Shown here piece by piece: positions 16,578-30,152 of a DNA stretch of 64,000 nucleotides. Every line of letters starts with the position of its first letter. Position 1 is the first letter of the stretch. Source of the DNA: Amoebidium appalachense (taxonomy: Eukaryota; Protista; Ichthyosporea); contig CAVNZM010000004.1 of NCBI GenBank assembly GCA_963693365.1, positions 10,134,468-10,198,467 on the forward strand, in the 5' to 3' direction. A program made the position numbers and the translations under genes. The notes beneath the pieces were generated by a model. That model was not told where the DNA came from. It made no database searches and saw only the letters and a program-made list of their open reading frames with translations.

Positions 16578-18391
16578 ATGCACACTTTCTTAGCCCTTGT
16601 TGCCACCGCGGTAGCCCTTCCGTGCGCCAGCGCCCAGAGCTGCATTGTAGAATGGGGTCAGTGCGGAGGCCAGGGTTTCGTAACCACTCAAACATGCTGT
16701 GCAGGACTCGTGTGTGAGGGCACGGAATGGTGGCAATCATGCAAGAAACCAACCGGCACAACTACCACCACGTCTGTTGTCCCTACAACTACCACTGTTG
16801 CAACCACCACAACTACGACAACCACCACTTCAAAACCAGTAACTACGACGACATCTGCAAAGCCTATCACCACTACTAGTAGTAGTGTGACCACCACACG
16901 TACTACGACTGCAACGGTGACCACCACTAAAACCACAACTACCACAAAACCCACAACAACAACCACAACCAAGCCACCAACAACAACTACTACAACGACC
17001 AAGCCGACAACAACAACAACAAAAACAACGAGTATTCCATCGGTATGTATTGCACTCCTAGTGCTTCGGCGCCTTGCTAAATTGCATAAACATGCAATAG
17101 GCCTGAACCAAAACTTTCCTTACACTGCTTTATATCTTTAACGGAAAAAGTGATCTGAACAACTGTTGAGTCCTGCAAACTAGTCTTGTGCTGTATCCCC
17201 AGAATTAGAAATTGTGTAAATGCATGGCTAACCCCCTCATCTTTTGTTCCAACAGTCCACATGTCCGTCGGACCAGCCCGCAATCACTAACCAAGCCCTC
17301 CTGGACCGCATCAAGTTCCAAACACGCACCCTACCAGGCACCCCCACCATCGACCTAGCCAACCCCGCAAACAATCCACCCAACGTGCAACGTGTGATGC
17401 GCATTCTGCCCGAATCATCTTTCAACTACCTGTTCCCACGCCGCAATGAAGTCTACACGTACCTTGGGCTGCTGAAGGCCATTGCAAAGTGGCCGGCATT
17501 TTGCGATGATGCGTTTGATGCCACCAAGAAGGACGAGGTTTGCAGAAAGGAGCTGGCTTCGAGTTTCGCACACTTTGTTCAGGTGAGTTTTGCCTGCTAA
17601 TCTGATGCACTGGGCTAAAAGATGTATTTTTTTTGGTGGTGGTGGTGGGGGGGGGGGGGGGGGGGGGGTATCTACTAGTGTTGGGGCAATCTAGAGGCAC
17701 AAAAATATTGGGATGATGAATGCAGACAGATGAAGGAAAGGGGCCGTTGGTGGATCGTGAAATGGGGGTAAAGGGAGTGCAAGAACGTGGAAGACACGGT
17801 AACCCCTTACCAATATCTGCAAAGTGCATACGTGACTAAACCTTATGAACTGATCATAGATATCACAGTTATTTCTCATGTGCATAAAAAAAAAAAAAGG
17901 TGCAGTGTAGGACATTGTGCCAGCTCTTGCCGACTTTGAATACATCTTGCCTACCTGTAGTTAACTTATTCGCTCATTTTCCCTTACCAGGAAACGGGTG
18001 AAAACTCCCCCTGGACCGAACAGACCATGGGCTATGCGCTCTGGCGGCAGGGACTCTACTACATTCGCGAGATCGGCCAGGGACCGTATCGTGACCAGTG
18101 TGACGACACAACCTGGTGGGGCAAATACTACCCATGCTCCACCAGTGCCTCCTACTACGGTCGTGGGGCCAAGCAGCTCACGTACATGTACAACTACGGC
18201 CCATTCTCTGATGTTGTCTTTGGTGATCGCACGGTTCTTCTGAACAACCCTGACCTTGTGGCTACGGATGGGTTTTTGGCTTTTGCCTCCGCCATCTGGT
18301 TTGGAATGACACCTCAGGTAACCTACCCCTTGTGTTAAGAAGATCGCTCGTCTTCCCCTACCCCCCTACCCCCCCCCCCCCCCCCCCCCCC

Positions 18392-18423
<32 letters not shown>

Positions 18424-19619
18424 TATACACAACCTGGACCGCACCCACCTGACAAACATATATCATAACAACGAAAAACGACATACACGTATCGATATCG
18501 GGCCGGTAATAATGTAATCCTAGACTTGTTTTGATCTCTATCACTAACCCAATTTGAAGGTTCTTCCTCTTCTGATTTTCCTTTAAGTTGACACCGTTAA
18601 TGGTAACTTGCCTTCATTCGGAATCCGAACCTCCTGCTTGTAGCCAACCCCCCTCCCCCCCCCCCCCCCCCCCCCCCGTTCTCTCCGTAAACCCCGGTCC
18701 CCACTCTCCCCTGCTAGAGATTATCTCCACGGTACAATTTGTTTTTGAAAGAAAACTCCAACGAAAAAAAAAAATTTAAAAAATCCTATGGAGTTACTCA
18801 TCCTCTTCCTTTATCCGCAGTCCCCCAAGCCCAGCATGCACGACATCAACAGCGGCTGGTACCAACCGGGTGCCCTCGAGGCCTCCCTCAACATCATCCC
18901 TGGGTTTGGGGCCACCATCAACGTCATCAATGGGGGGTTGGAGTGCGGTCAGGGGGGTGCCACCGAGTCCCAACAGGTGCAGAACAGAGTTGCCGCCTAC
19001 CGAAATTTTGCCGCATACCTAAATGTGCCCTACACTGAGGCTGAGCTTGGCTGCCGCAACATGAAGCCATTCCCGTCCAATGGCGTGGCTGCACTGGACC
19101 TCTACTGGTAGGTCGAGCATGTTTTATTCGGGGTGCTTCTTTTTCTTTATGTTTTCTTTCTTTCTTTCTTTCTTTTCTTTTTTTTTTTTTTTTCTTTTTT
19201 GGGAGGCCGGGGGGGGGGGGGGGGGGGGGGGGGGGGAGGGACGGAGGAGGCCCTAAAACAGGGCGCGAGAGAGGGTGGGGAGGGGAGGGGGGGGGGGGGG
19301 GGGGGGGAGGGGGAGGGGGGGGGGTAAGGGAGAGGGAGAGGAGGGGACGGAGAGGGATGAGAAGGGCAGAGAGAGAACACCCACCACTTTGATGCGCATA
19401 ATGCCGTGCTTTGTGCCCGCTTAGCGATGTTCCCATATATGGCTACAAACAAGCCCTAACCATTGGCCCAATACACACAGGGACCGTGACTGGGCCTGGC
19501 AGACTTGCCGCTGCAAGCAGGTGACCTACCAGACCCCCTTCAACATGCTCACACCAAGCCTCGGATACAACCAGTGTACCTGCAACTTCTTCGATGTCAA
19601 CTGCAACAAAAGGATATAA
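16578..19619 (+). CDS. Secreted chitinase: signal peptide + CBM1 + Thr-rich linker + GH19; 5 exons (16578-17042, 17256-17582, 17991-18317, 18821-19107, 19481-19619), ~514 aa
   Basis: CBM1 WGQCGGQGF...CCAGLVC...WWQSC; GH19 motifs FAHFVQETG, YYGRGAKQLTYMYNYG, LLNNPDLVA, PKPSMH, GFGATINVINGGLECG. Exon phases are consistent. Confidence 0.92.
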
Positions 19620-20303
19620 CTATGCAATTGCCTTATAAGGATATTTAGGGCGGTAACGGCTGTGTGGGAAATTTGATTTTGATCGTGGTAAGAAATTAGG
19701 CTACAGAGAGCAGTTAGTTGCTACGAGATATTGTTTGAGCACACCTGAGTAGTTAGTTGGGAACGCCACCCAGCATTCAACTCTTTTCTCATTGCTTCTA
19801 GACTCAGATATTCTTGTAGCATAGATGTAGGGCAGCACTTGTGCGGCTGCTAGCTAACTAGGAAGCTTTCTGTTGCTGTACGATGATGATGTGTATCACG
19901 TGCATACACTGTCGTAAGATTTGCACTAGAAAAGCGAATTTTTGTGCACTTCCGTGATCGGACTTTGTGAGCAAAGTAGCAGCACCAATCATTGCAGTTT
20001 TTTTTTTCTAAGTTTTAAGGACACCAAAATCTAATATTTGTCATAAAATAAATAAAGTAAGTAACTCTAATATTTTGCGGGGATGTTAAGGTGTTTAATC
20101 GTGACACGGTTGACAGCCCAGTGTCCTCTTTAATGGAATCACGGGATTGAAGCAGAGACGACTGTTATGTTAAACGGGATATCAAATTGCACACAACCGC
20201 TCCCGTGCTTGGTAGGCTCTGAAGCAAGGACACCCACATACGTTTAAACACACAGAAGAGTATATGCATTGAAACATTTATGACGAGTACGCAGACAAAC
20301 ACA

Positions 20304-20336
<33 letters not shown>

Positions 20337-20433
20337 GTACACATGTGTACAACACACACATACATGCACAGATGCACACGCCGACGTGCCAGGTGCCTCG
20401 TGGCATAGTTTCACACACACCAACACAACTGGA

Positions 20434-20487
<54 letters not shown>

Positions 20488-20667
20488 ACCCCGCCCCCCA
20501 TTTTTCTTCCCCTCATGATCACTACACTGTGACACTCTTGCACACACACAAGCACACACTGTAGACGGGCAGACACACACGCAACAAGTCACCGATGACA
20601 GCAGGCTGCATGATGCAAGCTTATTACAGATACGTCTCCCCCCCCCCCCCCTCCCCCCCTCCTCCTC

Positions 20668-20726
<59 letters not shown>

Positions 20727-21812
20727 ACACACACCCCCTCTCCCCCAGCTACCACACACCCTCACACACACGTGCCCGCTCGCGCACGCACACACACCAC
20801 CCCACAGCACGCACACGCACGCGCGCGTGCACACACACGTGCGCGCGTGCACACGCACGCACGCACGCATTTTCGCGCGCGTGCGCGCACACACACATGT
20901 ACACACACGCAGGCCTAGGTGGTGCCACAGGTAAAAAGGCATATGGTGATTTTAGCTTACGGTGAAGATAACTTTTGTCCATGCATACGTTGCTACCTGA
21001 TGCAGGCCATCGATATCAGAAAATCCAATCACACGTGTGCACTAAACTGCAAATATATCCACGTATGCACAAAGACGGGTACACCCACATCATACATGTA
21101 CACGACACACACCCACACCATACATGTACACACGGACACACACCCATATCATACTGTAACATGTACACAGGCAGACACCCACATCATGCTGTAACATGTT
21201 CACGGGCACACACAAACACATTAACACGATTTTTCGTGCGGCCCGTCGCAAACGACACACTGGCCATGCATGGTCGCCGGTAACAGAAGGGTTTCAACCC
21301 CCTTCCATTTATTTCATTCGTTCAATTCAACTTCGCAAACCATGATCTGTCACAATAGCCCAGTCGCCCGCACCAGACACAGCCACAATCTGATAGCGAG
21401 CCCTCTCCCCCCCCTCTCCCCCCCCCCCCCCCCCCCCCGCAAAAAAACAAAAATACAAAAAACAAAAAAGATATTCAACCTACAGCCCGACCACCACCAC
21501 CATGCTCGGTTTTATTTCAATGGAGAAGATTGCAGGTGCCGAAAATCAAAGGGAGCCAACATCACAATTACAACTGTGGAGCCATCCCTATTGCTAGTTA
21601 GGCAATGCTAACGAAAAAAGGCACACATACAACGCCGGTCATTCATATGATTCATCTAAACAAAAAATGTGTCAGTTCTAAAACAGGAGGTGGGAAGTAT
21701 TTCCGTATCGACACTATCCTCCTCCTACAAAGGGAACCACCAAAACTCCTCCACAAAAGCCAACCAAAAACAAACAAGACGACAAACGACAGTGCTGTGG
21801 CCCTTTGACCAA

Positions 21813-22190
21813 TCACCAGTTGTCGAAGTTGCCAAATTTGGAAGCTGTAATAACCTTTTTTGGCTTGGGTGCCGGGAGGTCTTCATCGTCAGCAGCCGGT
21901 CTCTTTGCAGAATCCAAACCCGAGAATTGGACCGCAGCAATGTATTTTCCTGGCCCCTCCCGTACGGCTTTTTTTGGCGCAGCAGCTGCGGCCAATTTGG
22001 CTGCCTCGGCGACCTACGTGTGTTTGTGTGTGTGTGTGTGTGTTTGTGTGTGTGTGTGCACGTGTGCACGTGTGTGTGTGGGACAGGGTTAGACTGCCGT
22101 ACAGAGCACCAAGTCCACAATTGCAACGACCACGGACACCATCAGGACATTGCAGGTGTGTGGGACGTGCGCTAGTTTTTTTTTTTTTTT

Positions 22191-22222
<32 letters not shown>

Positions 22223-22767
22223 GAATGCGTCAAAAAGTACGAAGTACACAAGAACAAAACGGATAACACGATGCAGAATGCAAGCTATACATAAAGAGTA
22301 TGCATAATAAGCAGAGCCCATCCTCAGGGGGGGCCCACGTCACCCACAGTACCCGAGTTTCGACCTATTCACCTCGTTAACGAAACCCAACTCAGATACT
22401 GTTTCACTTGAACATGGGTAGGTCACCCTTCTTGATCAGAGACGAGCAGGGTTGCTTATGCAGGCAAGGGCAGTGGGAAAGGCCGGGGGGGGGGGGGGCA
22501 TGGTTGGGCTTTGGACAGGTGAGGGGGCACAGAAAGCGACCAGGTGCAAAGAGCAGCCATGAGAACATAGGGAAGAGAGAACAGGGTCGGGACCAAAATA
22601 TGCATATCTATGGCTAGTGATATGCGTGAAAAGGATAGATGGAGGCTAGGAGCACGACAATTGCGTGTCAGTGCGTGCGTGCATGTGTGTGTGTGTGCGC
22701 GCGCGCGCATGCGCGCGGATGTGTTTGTGTGCGTGGAAAGAGGGTGGTGGTGGTGGTGGTGTTGGTG

Positions 22768-22818
<51 letters not shown>

Positions 22819-23074
22819 GGGAAGGAGGGTGGTGGTCGTGGTAGGGGGAGGGGAGGGGGGGGGGGGGGGGGGGGGTGGAGGTAACAGTGTGCACTGACCT
22901 TTTTCTTTTCCTCGGCCTTCTTTTCCAACTCCTCCTCCTTCTCCCTCTCTATGTCGGCAAACGGATTGACGAACACAACCACCTTCTCGATCACAATGTC
23001 TTGCTGTAAGTGTGGGTGGTGAGTGGTTACTACACAGCCGGCTGTGCAATGAGCAGTAGTAGAGGTAGTGCCCC

Positions 23075-23117
<43 letters not shown>

Positions 23118-24262
23118 CCACCTACTCGCCCACCCAGCTGCATCTCCCTTCGACATATTTAAACCACCATCCCACAACTACCCCAGCCCATTTGCTACAC
23201 AGCCTTATCCTAAAGAGGCCCATAGGCGTGTAAAGGGTTGTTAATGGACACAAAGTGGCCAAAACATGTAGTGTGCTGTCTGCCTGTGAACATAGACCAG
23301 AGTTGATGCCTAGAACATGTAATGGCTCAAAGACACCAGGTGCCAAAGTGGGGGCTAGGAACGAGTGTGCTTCTTTTTACTTCTTGCTTCTTTCCTTCGT
23401 TCCCTCTTCTATCTTGTTACCTATCTTTATTCTCTTTTCTTTCCTTTCTCTCTTGCATTTGTTTTTTGTTCTTTGAGACGGGGTAGGTTGGGGAGGGGGA
23501 GGGAGGGGAGGGGGGGGGGAGGGGGGGGGGGGGGGGGGATGTACCTTTGGCTTATCTTTGTCGTCACAGTCGACCCTCTCCATCTTAACCAGTGTGTCTG
23601 CACAGTGACAGTCAGATGCCACACACCAAGTGCCCCCCACCACCCCCTCTCCTCCCCCCACTCTTCTCCCCTCCCCCCCCCCCCCCCCCCCAAAAAAAAA
23701 CCTCCCCCTTTCCCCCCTTTCTCCCCCTCCTCCTCCCGCCTTGTGTACCCCACTAAGTCCTACACATCCCACTTATCCCACAATGACGTATACTATGAAC
23801 CCATTCACATTCACTCCCTCATAAACACCAACACTCGCATACCTAACACCCCAGCACCCACCAACCCACCCAAGCACGTACCCATGCCACCGACGATTCT
23901 GGCAAAGATGGTGTGCTTCTTGTCCAGGTGGGTGCATGGCCGGAATGTGATGAAGCTGGAGAGGGGGGGGGGGGGGGGGGGGGGGAGGGGCACGGGGGCT
24001 TTGGTCAGGCCGCGGCGCATTATGCTAATAACTCTTCAGAACCCTCCCTCTCCTCCCCCCCCCCCCCCCCCTCCCCCCCCCCCCCCCACCACCACCACCA
24101 CACACACACACACCCTTAAAAGGGAGAAAGAAAACACAACACATGCAGGCATCCCGCCACTCACACCACCACCCTTTTCCCCTCCACGGCTCGCACGTAG
24201 CCAAAGTAGCCCCCTCTCCTTCCCCCCCCCCCCCCCCCACCACCACCACCATCACCACCGGT

Positions 24263-24307
<45 letters not shown>

Positions 24308-27300
24308 CCTCCCCCCAAACACACACACACACACAGGTCCTCACTAGATCATGCATTCATTTTGCCACGATAGGGGCAGACCACCTGACCCAATATGAAA
24401 AGGCAGTTGGGCTCTACTGCTGCAGGGGCTCATCTTTTTGCTTGTCACCTCCACAAACCATATCCCTCCCCCCCCGGTACCCCCCCCCCCCCCCCTCCCC
24501 CCACCTCTTTCTCATGCTCCTGTCCTTTCCCTCTCTTCCTCTACTAATGCCCCTTTCCCGCTCTTTCCTCCATATCCCCCCTCTCCCCTATTTAGACAAA
24601 AGGGAGCCAGGCGGGATCCGGGGTGGCAGTGATGTAAATGGAGGGTATATGGGTGGGTGTTTTCTTTCTTTCTTTCTTTCTCTCTCTCTTTCTTTTTTCT
24701 CTCTTTTTTTTTTCTTTCCTTTTTTTTTTTTGTATGTGGGGGGAGGGGGGGGGGGAGGGGGGATGGTGCCGATGGGTCTGCCCTTTCCTTCTCCCTTTGT
24801 TCTTATTCTTCCTCTTTTCCCTTTCATTTTTTTTCTTTGTATGGTGTGCATGCACGTACAACTGGCTCTTGTTTGTGTCCGGACCACTGTTTGCCATGCT
24901 CAGGGTGCCCCTCTTGTCGTGCGACAGCTCCAGCTTCCACTCATCCTCAAAGGCACCCCCCTGTGCACACAGTGTCAGTGCTTGCAAGATACCCGATTGC
25001 TTGCGTGATGTAGTCTATTATGATTCCAAGGACCCATACAAGCCAAATCTGACAAAACGAAGAAACAAAGACTTCAAACATCCAACAGAGTCAGCAAGAT
25101 TTCGCTTCCCTTCTGTACAGGACCCTGTATGGAGAAATGAGGAGGCAAGGCTAGAGGGGAGGGGGGGGGGGGGGGTGGGGGTGTAAACAAAAATGAGCCC
25201 CATAAACGATCCACAGCTAGAGTGAAGCCGGGGAGGTTGAGGTTGAGGTGAAGGTGAAAGTGGAAGTGAGATTTCTTTTTCCTTTCTTTCTTTTTTTTTT
25301 TTGGAGGGGGGAGGGGGAGGGGGGGGGGGGGTTTGAATGCGGAACGCAGTACGAAGTACGCATACACGATGAGAAGCATGGTGCAGGACACATGCAAAGG
25401 CAAACATTCAAGTATGCAACATCAGCCATGCGCACAGTATGCGTCATAAGCAGAGCCCATCCTCAGGGAGGGCCCAAGTCATCAATTGCGTCTGAGTTTC
25501 GACCCCTTAGCCCGCGTATATACGACGCTCCAACTCAGACAGCAGCATCAACTGAACTTGGGTGGGTCAACCCGTCTTGATCAAAGACGAGCAGGGTTGC
25601 TTATGCAAGCAAGGTGAGCAGAACGGTGAAGATGTGTGTGTAAACTAATGCAGTGCAGCGAAAAACGTGTATGTGCTTACAGATGCACGACACAGAGCAA
25701 CCATGCCCGGTTGCATGGAAGTAAAGATGTCTCCACACAGTGGTCTGTCCTGAAAGGACACCTCTGAAAGAAGACAGGGGGGGTTTGAATGCGGAACGCA
25801 GTACGAAGTACGCATACACGATGAGAAGCATGGTGCAGGACACATGCAAAGGCAAACATTCAAGTATGCAACATCAGCCATGCGCACAGTATGCGTCATA
25901 AGCAGAGCCCATCCTCAGGGAGGGCCCAAGTCATCAATTGCGTCTGAGTTTCGACCCCTTAGCCCGCGTATATACGACGCTCCAACTCAGACAGCAGCAT
26001 CAACTGAACTTGGGTGGGTCAACCCGTCTTGATCAAAGACGAGCAGGGTTGCTTATGCAAGCAAGGTGAGCAGAACGGTGAAGATGTGTGTGTAAACTAA
26101 TGCAGTGCAGCGAAAAACGCGTATGTGCTTACAGATGCACGACATAGAGCAACCATGCCCGGTTGCATGGAAGTAAAGATGTCTCCACACAGTGGTCTGT
26201 CCTGAAAGGACACCTCTGAAAGAAGACAGGGGGGGTTTGAATGCGGAACGCAGTACGAAGTACGCATACACGATGAGAAGCATGGTGCAGGACACATGCA
26301 AAGGCTAGGGGGGGGGGGGGATCGTACCCAGGCCGATTCACCGCCAGTGCCGGTGCCTGTTGGGTCACCACCCTGGATCTGTGCACACAGTGGGTTAGGT
26401 GTGTGGGTGGGAGTAGTATTCACAGTGTATGTTCTTGATTAGGCATACGGAGGGGGGTTTGAATGCATACTGCATACGGGGGGGGGGGGGGGGGGGGGGG
26501 TCACAGTGTAAGTTAATTATCGGGCACACAGGTGGGGTGGTGCTCACTCAAAATTTATGTTCTTGATGTGAATAGCCAGGGGAACGGAGTGAGATAGGCA
26601 GCGAAAAGAAAGCGTTTTTGGTGGTGTAGCAGGCAAAGGATTCTGTGTGTGAGCATGGGTACGTGTATGGGCACACTGGTGCGCGTGTGTCTCCTAACTA
26701 CCTGTTTTTACCTTTTCCTTGTTCTTCCTTCTCTATCTCATTCTTCCCCTCCCCCCCTCCTCCCCCCCCCCTCCCTTTATTCTTTCTCTGTGTGCACGCA
26801 CGTGCACACATGTGTGTCTATTTGCCCTCCCCCTCCTCCCCCTCCCCCCCCCCCCAGATAAGGACAGAGGTGTGAGCATACTGTTTTTCGTGACTGGAGG
26901 TGGTCAAGTTTCAGCGCGCGGGGGGGGCGGGGGGGGGGGGGGGGGGGGGGGATGTATGAACCATGAAATTTCTGATGAGGCGGTGGAACTTAGTGTTGTT
27001 GTAGTAACCCCTCTCGGCCAGCAGAATGAAGTTCTCGCATGTCTTGGGCACCTGCACCAGTGGGCAAGTCAGGTGCCTGATACGGAAAAACGGCATGCAA
27101 ACCCCTACTACGTTCCCCTTCCCCTCCCTCCCTCCCCCCCTCTTGTTTGGGAGCAGCTGGTGTGATAAGCCCTCATTAATCAAAAGTTTCATGCTCCTAG
27201 GTATGCTAACCCCACCTTCTTCCCCCCCTCCCCCCCCCCCCCCTCCCCCCTCCCCCCACGCCACAGCTACAATATGAAATACATCATGCTGCTGTTTCAT

Positions 27301-27395
27301 TTCCCATAAATTATACCCAATATCCTCCCCCTTAATCCATTCCTTGCGGATTCCTACCCAAAAACTCACATACCTACCTGAAACTCACATATAAG

Positions 27396-27437
<42 letters not shown>

Positions 27438-28029
27438 TTTTTTCTTCCAGGCACCTACCACGTTGCAGTGCAGCTCTATGTTGATGTCGCCCATGTTAGT
27501 CTGTATGCGTGCATAGCCCTTCTTCTTGATCTTGCCGTAGCGCACATAATCCTTGGCCAGCAGCGCACCCTCGTTGCCTGTATGGGTAGGTGGGTCATCA
27601 CATGGATATATCGATAATGTCAGTGCACATGTGGATGCAGTGTGGAAGGTGGGTGTGGGTGAGAGGTGCCTCCCCCTTCCCCCCCCCCTCCCCCCCCTCC
27701 CCCCCCCCTCCCCCCCTCCCCCCCCCCCCCCCCCCCCAGCCTGCCTGCCCAGTTCTTTGTGAATGGCTTGAAAAGATGGGCACGTATGCACGAGTGCATA
27801 CACATACACACGCACCAACACACACAGACACACACATTCTTTGGTATTTGCAAACTAGTAGCAGCGAATAAAGAAGCTTGAGATATGGAGAGAAAAGAAG
27901 AAGAGGGGGGTGGGGGATATGGAAAAAAAGAAGAAGAGGGGGGGGGGGGGGGGGAGGGGGGGATATGGAGAGAAAAGAAGAAAAGGAGGGGGGGGGGGGG
28001 GGGGGGGATATGGAGAGAAAAGAAGAAAA

Positions 28030-28060
<31 letters not shown>

Positions 28061-28349
28061 AATGGTAAGTACGTGTGACAGGTGCTGTTGCTGTTGATGT
28101 GAAGGACATGGCCTGCCTGTTGTCGGATATGCTCTTGGAGATGCGCTCCTCATCTGGTGTCTCACCACCCCCCTCGGCCTTTTTGGTCTTGGCTGCTTGC
28201 TCTTGCTGCAAAACAAAAAAAATAGTGAAGTCGGTGGGGGATATTCATGCATGTTCCTTTTTCTGTAACTCCCATTCCCCGTTGCTAACAACTGTCAACA
28301 TTAGTGGCTAATATTACTTGACCTCTTGCAAGAACACTGTACTCAAACC

Positions 28350-28381
<32 letters not shown>

Positions 28382-28559
28382 AAAAAAAGGAAAGGAAAGA
28401 AAAAGAAAAGAAAAATAAAAAACCTTACAATGTTGAAAAATGATGTGGGTTTCGGCCAACATCCTCGAGTCCGATGCACGTTTGTTTCTCCAACACGTAG
28501 GGAAAATGGCAGTGAAAAAGAACAGTGGGGGAGCGGGACGCGCTTAGCGAAAGGGCGTG

Positions 28560-28593
<34 letters not shown>

Positions 28594-29123
28594 ACATTTG
28601 CGTGTTCCTGTATGCCTCTATCCTACCCACCGGCGTGGCTGGGGTTGATACCCTGGGCAAATAGCATCGTAGCACCCTAGCTAGAGTACTGTCGGTGCTG
28701 GGTGGAAGACGGTAGTTCCCCCTGAGGGCCCCTAGGGGTACCTCCGGGAACAAAACGGGATAAAAAAAAATAAAAATGTATGCATCTATGCCTCCCTTCG
28801 TTTGTGTGTGTGCAAGGGTCGCTGGATATCTGCAAATCTCTCTGTGAGCATATGCATGTGCATGTGTATTTATGCATGTGTGCCCGTCTATCCCGTACCT
28901 CCTTGTAGAATGTCTTCATTGCATCCTTGGCCTCTGCCGTTCTGCTGCGGATGTTGTATGCCGGATCATTCATCATCTTCTGGTCCTCTGTCCCAGAACA
29001 CACAGTGTCAGCTCCATGGAATTGTACACAAGCATAAACAAAAAACATCTGGAGTTGGCGACGTGTTGGGAGAAAAAGGAAGAGATGGAGTGCGGGTGAT
29101 GGTGGTGGAGGGCAGGGGGCTTT

Positions 29124-29154
<31 letters not shown>

Positions 29155-29363
29155 GGGACTAGAGTGAAACAGACATGCAAGGTGAGACCGAGGGGCAGAG
29201 GCCTGCAGGTGCACGGATCGTGGGCTATATTAGTGTCGATTTTTTCTATTTATGTCATTTTGTTTGTTTGTGTGTGTGTGTGTTCGTGCTTGTTTTGTGT
29301 GTTTTTGTTTTTTGTTTTTTTTTTTTTAATTTTTTTTTTCCACCTTTTTAGAAGTGTGTGTGT

Positions 29364-29417
<54 letters not shown>

Positions 29418-30089
29418 GACTAGAGTGAAACAGACATGCAAGGTGAGACCGAGGGGCAGAGCCCTGCAGGTGCACGGATCGTGGGCTATATTAGTGTCGA
29501 TTTTTCCTATTTATGTCATTTTGTTTGTGTGTGTGTGTGTTCGTGCTTGTTTTGTGTGTTTTTGTTTTTTCTTTTTGTTTTCTAATTTTTTTTTCCCACC
29601 TTTTTAGAAGTGTGTGTGTTGGGGTGGGGGGGGGGGGGGGGGGGGGGGGGGGTATACCGGCCGAGACAACTTTCAGTTGGTTCTTCACGTGGTGGTATTC
29701 GGCAAAGTTCTGCTTCTCCGGATTCTGGGGGTCCTGTGGATGCAAATGGATGCACGGACACACAGTTAAGCTTCACGCCCCCTTCTGTTCTACGGCATGC
29801 TTGTGCCGGCAGATAGGAATGAGTCGGTACACGCCGCAGGGGGAGGGGGGAGGGGGGGGGGGGGGGGGGGTTCAAATTTCACGACTGGCTACACGGTGAA
29901 GTGGTGCCTGCACACAGCACATGATACGCTTCTGTTTTGTTTGTGCTGGCATTTGTTCATTGTGCGGAAACATATAAGAAGTGGCCTGGATTCGGAATTG
30001 TGTGGTTATGGGTAGCCATCACCATGCAGAGCAAAGTCGGCGGTTGAGTGAGCACAGCAGCAGCCCGGTGAGTGTGTGTGTGAGTGTGT

Positions 30090-30152
<63 letters not shown>

